From Candidatus Cloacimonadales bacterium (GTDB lineage Bacteria; Cloacimonadota; Cloacimonadia; Cloacimonadales; JAIOQZ01), in contig OY771587.1 in assembly GCA_963674825.1 (NCBI GenBank), positions 1,024,001 to 1,088,000 on the forward strand: a DNA stretch of 64,000 nucleotides. Direction: 5' to 3'. Below the pieces are notes generated by a model, which saw only the letters and a program-made list of their open reading frames with translations, did not search any database and was not told where the DNA came from. This document shows, piece by piece, positions 58,016 to 64,000 of this stretch. A program made the translations under genes and the position numbers. Position 1 is the stretch's first letter. Each line of letters begins with the position of its first letter.

Positions 58016-59929
58016 ATGAAACACTTTTTCACTGCATTTCTGCTGCTGATTCTGGTCGCGTGCGCAAGCACACCGGAGCCCATGAAGAAGGCACCGACGG
58101 AACCTGTATCTGATTCCGCAGCATTCGAGGCAATCCAACTCTACAACCTCGCGGAATTCGACTATCAGCAAAAGAACCTGGAAGCCGCACTCGACAAGCT
58201 CATGCAAGCGAAGCAATATGATCCACCCAGTGTTTCCATTCGTAATCGTATTGCGGAAATCCTGCTCGAACTTGCCCTTGAAGACGAGAGCTTTACCAAG
58301 CTTGCTATCGAGACCACAGAGAACGACTATCAGCAGGGATTTCGCAGCGTAGCGATCCTCTCCACGCTGGCAGACGCTTACTTTCTGAACGGACAGTCGG
58401 AAAAAGGGATCGGTATTTTCGAAGAGCTTATCGAGATCGACGCATCAGCAATCAACCTCTACAAATATTACCTGCTCAAGCTTCAGTACTTTAACGAGGA
58501 AGACCCAGACCTGCTGGAAGAAGCTCTCGAAAAATCGTGGGACAACGAGCGCATGGTGTTGATTCTTGCCAACCAGCTTAAAGCTATTCGTCCCGAAAGA
58601 GCTGATAAGACCTTCGCTAGAGCCTGGGAAAAGTTCCAGGACGAAGATGCCCTTGTCGAATTGATCAGCTACTATCGCGAGACCGGCAAATCAGACGAAC
58701 TACTAGAGCTACTCACTCAGCTTATGCACGAGAAACGTGATATCACTGGATGGATGCGAGAAGCTTTACTCAAAAACCTCTTCCTTATGGAACACCACCA
58801 GGAGATTATCGACAACCGCGACTGGTTCCTCGATTCAGACATTGATCTCACGGACACCTACATCATCCTATATTGGTCGGCGGATAAAACGGACAACGAC
58901 TCGCTAATGATCGACATGCTCGACAACATGCTCACATCGAGGACACTCACTCAACGCAACCGCGACCGTTATCTTACCCTGACCGGCTTCAAACTTGCCC
59001 GTCAAAGTGAGATCGAAACCGCAGCACAGTATCTAACGCAAGTAGAAGAACCATCACTCCTGAATCGGGAGCTGGAAGATTTCCACTCTGATTCGACGCT
59101 GGTCACGCTCAACCGCCTTGTGGACACCATGCAGCAGATCGCGCCCAACGATTCTCTCAACGCCTTCCTGCACGCGATGGTAGAGCTCAAGGCTCGAAAC
59201 ACGGATGCCGCGATATCTTGGCTTGATAACGTCGATGTTGACTACATTCTTCGCAACGGCCTCTCGTTTCAGGCAATGGAAGTATATGTCGCTGTCGATG
59301 ACACGCTCAGGGCCATGCAGGCGATCAAACGCGATTCAACGGTGCATTTCTACCCACGCCTGCTTATCGGAGTGGAGTATGCAGAGAACCGGAATTACCC
59401 GCGCACAATCAAGTACCTTCAACCGCTTATCGATGAAAAACCCAATACATCTCCACAAGCATATACAGCCCTCGCGATAGCCTATTGCGAAACCAACCAG
59501 TTGCAGAGAGCCATCGAGCTGATGCAGAGCGGCATCGCAATATTTCCCAAAAACATGTATCTAAAAAACGATCTCGCCTTTATCCTCGCGGACAACAACA
59601 CTGAACTCGAGCAAGCTCAGCAATACATGCAGGAAGTCCTGGAGAATCGTTCCGACCTCGGAGGTTACTGGGACACTGCAGCGTGGGTGGAATTTCGCCT
59701 CGATAATATGGATAAGGCTTTGGAATATATCGAAAAAGCGCTTGACATGGAGCCCGAGAATACGGCATTCTCTTATCACGCCGGTGAGATCTATCACAAG
59801 ATCGGCAACCACGAAAAAGCGAAACAATCGCTACGAAACGCGGTTTTATTTGACAACAACGACAATGACGCTGAAAAAGCACGTAAGGCATTGGAAGAAT
59901 TTTACCAGATAACTTTGGAGGAACAATAG
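58016..59929 (+). CDS. Tetratricopeptide-repeat lipoprotein
   Basis: LVAC lipobox; NDLAFILA, DTAAWV, HAGEIY TPR motifs. Confidence 0.85.
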   Translation: MKHFFTAFLLLILVACASTPEPMKKAPTEPVSDSAAFEAIQLYNLAEFDYQQKNLEAALDKLMQAKQYDPPSVSIRNRIAEILLELALEDESFTKLAIETTENDYQQGFRSVAILSTLADAYFLNGQSEKGIGIFEELIEIDASAINLYKYYLLKLQYFNEEDPDLLEEALEKSWDNERMVLILANQLKAIRPERADKTFARAWEKFQDEDALVELISYYRETGKSDELLELLTQLMHEKRDITGWMREALLKNLFLMEHHQEIIDNRDWFLDSDIDLTDTYIILYWSADKTDNDSLMIDMLDNMLTSRTLTQRNRDRYLTLTGFKLARQSEIETAAQYLTQVEEPSLLNRELEDFHSDSTLVTLNRLVDTMQQIAPNDSLNAFLHAMVELKARNTDAAISWLDNVDVDYILRNGLSFQAMEVYVAVDDTLRAMQAIKRDSTVHFYPRLLIGVEYAENRNYPRTIKYLQPLIDEKPNTSPQAYTALAIAYCETNQLQRAIELMQSGIAIFPKNMYLKNDLAFILADNNTELEQAQQYMQEVLENRSDLGGYWDTAAWVEFRLDNMDKALEYIEKALDMEPENTAFSYHAGEIYHKIGNHEKAKQSLRNAVLFDNNDNDAEKARKALEEFYQITLEEQ

Positions 59930-60118
59930 ATGAAACGGTTTATTTTCGAGCGCAAAAACTGGATCATTCTGATCGTAGCCATCATCGCCACCATCGTCGG
60001 ATACTCCGTCATGGCCACCGGTGACACCACCATCTCCATCATCATCCTGATGGTCAGCTACCTCGTCCTCTTCCCCCTCGCCATCATGCTCGGATGGAAA
60101 AAGAGCGGACAGGAATAG
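59930..60118 (+). CDS. Small 2-TM membrane protein (DUF3098-like)
   Basis: GGAGG RBS; KNW...GY..M...Y...P..I pattern. Confidence 0.75.
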   Translation: MKRFIFERKNWIILIVAIIATIVGYSVMATGDTTISIIILMVSYLVLFPLAIMLGWKKSGQE

Positions 60119-60141
60119 ACAGGACTACCCGAGACATCTTC

Positions 60142-60170
60142 AGCCCACGGCGCAAACCGTGGGTTTTCTT
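60142..60170 (+). terminator. Intrinsic terminator
   Basis: AGCCCACGG/CCGTGGGTT plus T-run. Confidence 0.85.
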
Positions 60171-60184
60171 ATATCTCCACACGA

Positions 60185-60309
60185 TAGATTCGTTCGATCC
60201 GGCGCTGGAGGCGTGGTGTTGCACGGCATAAGATCCGTGTCCGGTAGTAATGAATGACGTGCTATATCCACGCCGGAGGCGGATCGGGCGAAGATGCGTG
60301 TGGATGCAA
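60185..60309 (+). ncRNA. Unclassified structured element, copy B (candidate ncRNA)
   Basis: Homologous to 29063-29185 with compensatory stem changes. Confidence 0.55.
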
Positions 60310-60445
60310 TCGTCGAATAGCCACTTCAAGCGCTCTTCAGCACCAAAGAGGATGATTCACAATTATCTATAGCAATCCCACATAGCAAATCATTGACATA
60401 ATAACCCAAAATCTTTTCGTGGAGAAAACCCTGTAAGGACGGATT

Positions 60446-61282
60446 ATGACGTTTCAGGACATGATATTCGAGCTTCAGCGCTACTGGGCCGCATACGGAT
60501 GCAACATCCTTCAGCCCTACGATATGGAAATGGGGGCCGGCACCTTCCATCCGGCCACATTCTTCGGTGCGCTGGGTGAAAAGCACACCAAAGTTGCCTA
60601 CGCGCAACCCTGCCGCAGACCCAAAGACGGCCGCTACGGCGAGAACCCCAACCGCATGCAGCACTACTACCAGTTCCAGGTCATCATAAAGCCGACCCCG
60701 GACGACATCCAGAACCTCTACATCAAGAGCCTGGAAGCCATCGGAATCGATATTTCCAAACACGACATCCGCTTCGTGGAAGACGACTGGGAATCGCCCA
60801 CCCTCGGCGCGTGGGGACTCGGCTGGGAAGTATGGCTGGACGGCATGGAAATATCGCAGTTCACGTACTTCCAGCAAGTTGGTGGCATCGATGTATTCCC
60901 CGTCAGCGTAGAGCTGACCTACGGTCTCGAACGCATCGCGATGTACATCCAGAATGTCGATGACTTCAAAGACATTCAGTATAATGAGACCACCAAATAC
61001 GGCGAACTATTCTACCGTAAAGAGCAGGAATTCAGCGCGTTCAACTTCAAACACGCCGATGTCAAATGGCTCTTTGCCACCTTCAACGAACTGGAACGCC
61101 AGACCATAGAACTGGCCGAAGCCGGCATGGTTTATCCCGCGTACGACTACCTGCTCAAGAGCTCGCACACCTTCAATCTACTCGACGCCCGTGGCGTTAT
61201 TAGCGTTACCGAACGCGCCGCCTATATCGGCCGCATTCGCAGAATGGCGAAGATGTGCGCGGAGAAATTCCTGGAAGCATGA
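60446..61282 (+). CDS. glyQ: Glycine--tRNA ligase alpha subunit
   Basis: [45 protein letters not shown]. Confidence 0.98.
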   Translation: MTFQDMIFELQRYWAAYGCNILQPYDMEMGAGTFHPATFFGALGEKHTKVAYAQPCRRPKDGRYGENPNRMQHYYQFQVIIKPTPDDIQNLYIKSLEAIGIDISKHDIRFVEDDWESPTLGAWGLGWEVWLDGMEISQFTYFQQVGGIDVFPVSVELTYGLERIAMYIQNVDDFKDIQYNETTKYGELFYRKEQEFSAFNFKHADVKWLFATFNELERQTIELAEAGMVYPAYDYLLKSSHTFNLLDARGVISVTERAAYIGRIRRMAKMCAEKFLEA

Positions 61283-62268
61283 GGCAACACAAAGCTATCG
61301 CGCTCTTTTCCGGTGGACTGGACAGCGTCCTCGCGGTCAAATACATGCAGAAACTCGGCTACGAGGTTATTCCCGTATTCTTCCAGACGCCGTTCTTTGG
61401 ACCCAAGCGCGCACTCTGGGCTGCGAAAGCAGCCAATATCGAGATCAAGGTTGTCGATATCACACCGGATTACCTCGAGATGCTCAAGAACCCACGTTAC
61501 GGCTACGGTAAAGCGCTCAATCCGTGCATCGACTGCCACGGCTTCATGTTCTATAAAGCCGCGGAACTTCTGAAAGAGTGGAACGCTGATTTTCTTATCT
61601 CTGGTGAGGTGGTCGGGCAGCGACCCATGTCGCAACGTCCGGATGCAATGAACGCAGTTCGCAAGATTAGCGGGGCATCCGACCTTATTATTCGTCCGTT
61701 ATGCCAGAAACGGCTGCCAGACACCTTGCCCATCACGGAAGGCTGGGTGAAAAAAGATGAAATGCTTGATCTCTACGGTCGTGGAAGAAAGCGTCAAATG
61801 GAGCTTGCGGAAGAATTCGGTATCGAGGATTTCCATAATCCCGGCGGAGGCTGCATGCTCACAGAGAAAGGCTTCGGTTTCCGCGCGCGCGATCTGCTCG
61901 ATCATGACATGCTCACCGAACGTAATTCACAGTTCCTGCTCTACGGACGCCACTTCCGACTTAATGACAGGATGAAGCTGGTTGTGGGAAAAACCTCCGG
62001 CGACAATCAGTCCATTTCGGATCTGGTCACCGACGAAATGGTGCTCAAGGCAGAAACATCCCCCGGTCCGATAGCCGTAATTCAACACACGGAGACCCCC
62101 AATGATGAAGAAATCAGTCTTGCAGCCTCGATCGTCCTGCATTTCACACCCAAGTCACCTGACGAAGGAAAGGTCTTCTACGGTCTCAATTACCAACTCG
62201 AATCATCTGTGATTGTTAAGAAACCATCGCGCGAAGAGGTTAGCGAATACTGGCTCAAAATGGAGTAA
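61279..62268 (+). CDS. PP-loop tRNA thiolation-type protein (ThiI/MnmA-like)
   Basis: [34 protein letters not shown]. Confidence 0.82.
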   Translation: MRQHKAIALFSGGLDSVLAVKYMQKLGYEVIPVFFQTPFFGPKRALWAAKAANIEIKVVDITPDYLEMLKNPRYGYGKALNPCIDCHGFMFYKAAELLKEWNADFLISGEVVGQRPMSQRPDAMNAVRKISGASDLIIRPLCQKRLPDTLPITEGWVKKDEMLDLYGRGRKRQMELAEEFGIEDFHNPGGGCMLTEKGFGFRARDLLDHDMLTERNSQFLLYGRHFRLNDRMKLVVGKTSGDNQSISDLVTDEMVLKAETSPGPIAVIQHTETPNDEEISLAASIVLHFTPKSPDEGKVFYGLNYQLESSVIVKKPSREEVSEYWLKME

Positions 62269-62270
62269 TC

Positions 62271-62903
62271 ATGCAATATAAGAAGTTCGTACTGCTCATC
62301 GGTTTCGAAACCAATACCTATCTCCTGTGGGACGAAACCTCCATGGAAGGCATGCTTGTAGATCCTGCCGCACCCGGCGAAGAGGTCGTAAACTTCATCA
62401 AGTCAAAAGGCATCGCACTCAAGACCATCGTGATTACACACGGCCACGCTGATCACATCGGCGGTATCGAGTATTTCCTGTCGCATTTCAACGCGCAGCT
62501 CTGCATCCACAAAGACGATGCACCCATGCTCACCGATCCAAACAAGAACCTCAGCGTGATGATGGGCCAGAACCTCGCCGCACCAACTGCCACAAAAATC
62601 CTGCATGACGGTGATATCCTCACCCTCGGCAGCCATAAGATCCGCGTGATTCACACCCCGGGGCATACACTCGGCGGAATCTGCCTCTATCACGACAAGC
62701 TGCTCATCAGCGGCGACACTCTGTTCGATCACAGCGTAGGACGGACCGATCTCCCTGGCGGTAGCATGCAAACACTCATGAATTCGATCAAACAGAAGCT
62801 CTTCACTCTTCCGGAGGACACCATCGTCCTGCCGGGACACGGTCCATCCACAACCATCGAGGCCGAAAAGGTGGAAAATCCCTTCTGCGGCATGTTCTCC
62901 TGA
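62271..62903 (+). CDS. Metallo-beta-lactamase-fold hydrolase (glyoxalase II-like)
   Basis: THGHADH, TPGHT, SGD, PGHG. Confidence 0.93.
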   Translation: MQYKKFVLLIGFETNTYLLWDETSMEGMLVDPAAPGEEVVNFIKSKGIALKTIVITHGHADHIGGIEYFLSHFNAQLCIHKDDAPMLTDPNKNLSVMMGQNLAAPTATKILHDGDILTLGSHKIRVIHTPGHTLGGICLYHDKLLISGDTLFDHSVGRTDLPGGSMQTLMNSIKQKLFTLPEDTIVLPGHGPSTTIEAEKVENPFCGMFS

Positions 62904-63026
62904 TTCTCTTTTATACGCGGACTCAATGTCCGCATTTCGCTCGTTAACCATCTCCAGCATATAATTTCATTGACATTCCGTGAATCTTGTTCATGCTATG
63001 ACAAACTGGGACGTGGAGGATTCAAC

Positions 63027-64000
63027 ATGAGAAATTCGTTCCTCATTATCATCATACTACTTGCATTTAGCCTGCTTGGAGCAATACCTGAGGGATTTCA
63101 CACTTTCGACGAAGTTATCAACATAACTCGAGAAGGCATTTCTTCCGGAAAAAGCGATGATTTCCTGAGATTGTTCTCTGGACAGCAGCAGTTTGAGGTT
63201 ATGGTCGACACTGCTCTAGAACACCTGAGCCAACTCGATGTTGTGAAGAACCTCTCCGAGGAAGAACAAGCCCAAAAACTCGAGGCGGCGCGTATCGAGA
63301 TGATGTCCGGTTCCGCTGAGCACGACAAACTTCTTGCGGAGCAGGATTTCCCCCTCAAGCTCAACGTGAAGAATCTGCACCAGGATTACTTTGGTGTTAT
63401 GTTTCAGAATATTACCCACTATTACACCGATTACGGGCATCGCATCGAGCAGTTCGGCATCCACGTTCTGGAAAACCCGCGCCTGGTGTACACCGACGGA
63501 AGCTACATCATTGAATGCACATACCCCTCTCTACTCGAGATTGATGGGGGTTATGTTGTTGAAATGGCTCCGACATTCAAGGTGTATCGTAACGGATTCT
63601 CCCTCGATGAGATTGCATCAATTCTGGCCGAAGGCTTCACCTGGAGCGAAGAAAAGAATATAGACACACTTTATGTGACAGAAATCGAAATGCAAAAGCA
63701 GGTCGATTATTTCATCGATAATTTCAAGAGCACCGACCAGTTCAAAGGCCTTGAAGCCGATTCTCAACAGATGGTGCTGGAAGAATTGGAGAAGAGTCGA
63801 GGGGATCTCGACTCAGAGATATATACTAACAACGAAAAGACGGTTGACGATTTCTTCGCTCTTGCAACAGACTATGTATATTTTGACTATAAGGAATTCA
63901 GCGTAGATAGCGTAGTGGAGGGAAACGTTTCAACTGAATTCGGTGTCACATCAATGCAGGGACTCAATATCAAGATCAGCAATGAGGATTACTCAGTCAC
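63027..64000 (+). CDS. Secreted hypothetical protein (3' partial; absent from ORF track)
   Basis: GGAGG RBS, MRNSFLIIIILLAFSLLGA signal peptide; no stop seen before the window end. Confidence 0.8.
   Translation, partial: MRNSFLIIIILLAFSLLGAIPEGFHTFDEVINITREGISSGKSDDFLRLFSGQQQFEVMVDTALEHLSQLDVVKNLSEEEQAQKLEAARIEMMSGSAEHDKLLAEQDFPLKLNVKNLHQDYFGVMFQNITHYYTDYGHRIEQFGIHVLENPRLVYTDGSYIIECTYPSLLEIDGGYVVEMAPTFKVYRNGFSLDEIASILAEGFTWSEEKNIDTLYVTEIEMQKQVDYFIDNFKSTDQFKGLEADSQQMVLEELEKSRGDLDSEIYTNNEKTVDDFFALATDYVYFDYKEFSVDSVVEGNVSTEFGVTSMQGLNIKISNEDYSV

Noticed and set aside
60185..60445. T-box riboswitch upstream of glyQ
   Set aside because: No TGGNACC T-box or terminator before glyQ; the element lies upstream of the apparent promoter and has a homolog unlinked to a synthetase

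Overview
Bacterial chromosomal window. The many secreted proteins ending in FlgD-Ig/T9SS-like tails (…PNPFNP…YNLKGQ…KKMILLK) suggest an FCB-group organism, probably Cloacimonadota (inference, not searched). Bases 1-1458 look like the end of a prophage-like element: four coupled tail-type ORFs, a terminator, then seven ~21-bp TGCCA-N6-TG(G/T)CA units ending in CACA, as expected for a transposable-phage end. The rest is host DNA: housekeeping genes (dxs, mnmE, relA/spoT, groES, trxA, xseB, ispA, dut, nadA, pgsA, glyQ, suhB, thiN), secreted proteases and adhesins (C10, M14, C25 gingipain-like, secreted agmatine/peptidyl-arginine deiminase, a 1221-aa adhesin), a CHASE2 adenylate cyclase + SH3-M48 pair, a PEGA/FGE-LPP20-FHA-CsgG envelope cluster and a MacAB-like exporter. 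Non-coding DNA is rich in structure: several REP-like palindrome families, an internally deleted REP-associated tyrosine transposase still flanked by its REPs, and two dispersed ~124-nt copies (29063, 60185) of an unrecognised element with conserved blocks and co-varying stems, the best candidate for a novel ncRNA or mobile element. I recognised no rRNA, tRNA, CRISPR array or reverse transcriptase. All calls come from reading motifs by eye; no database searches were run.
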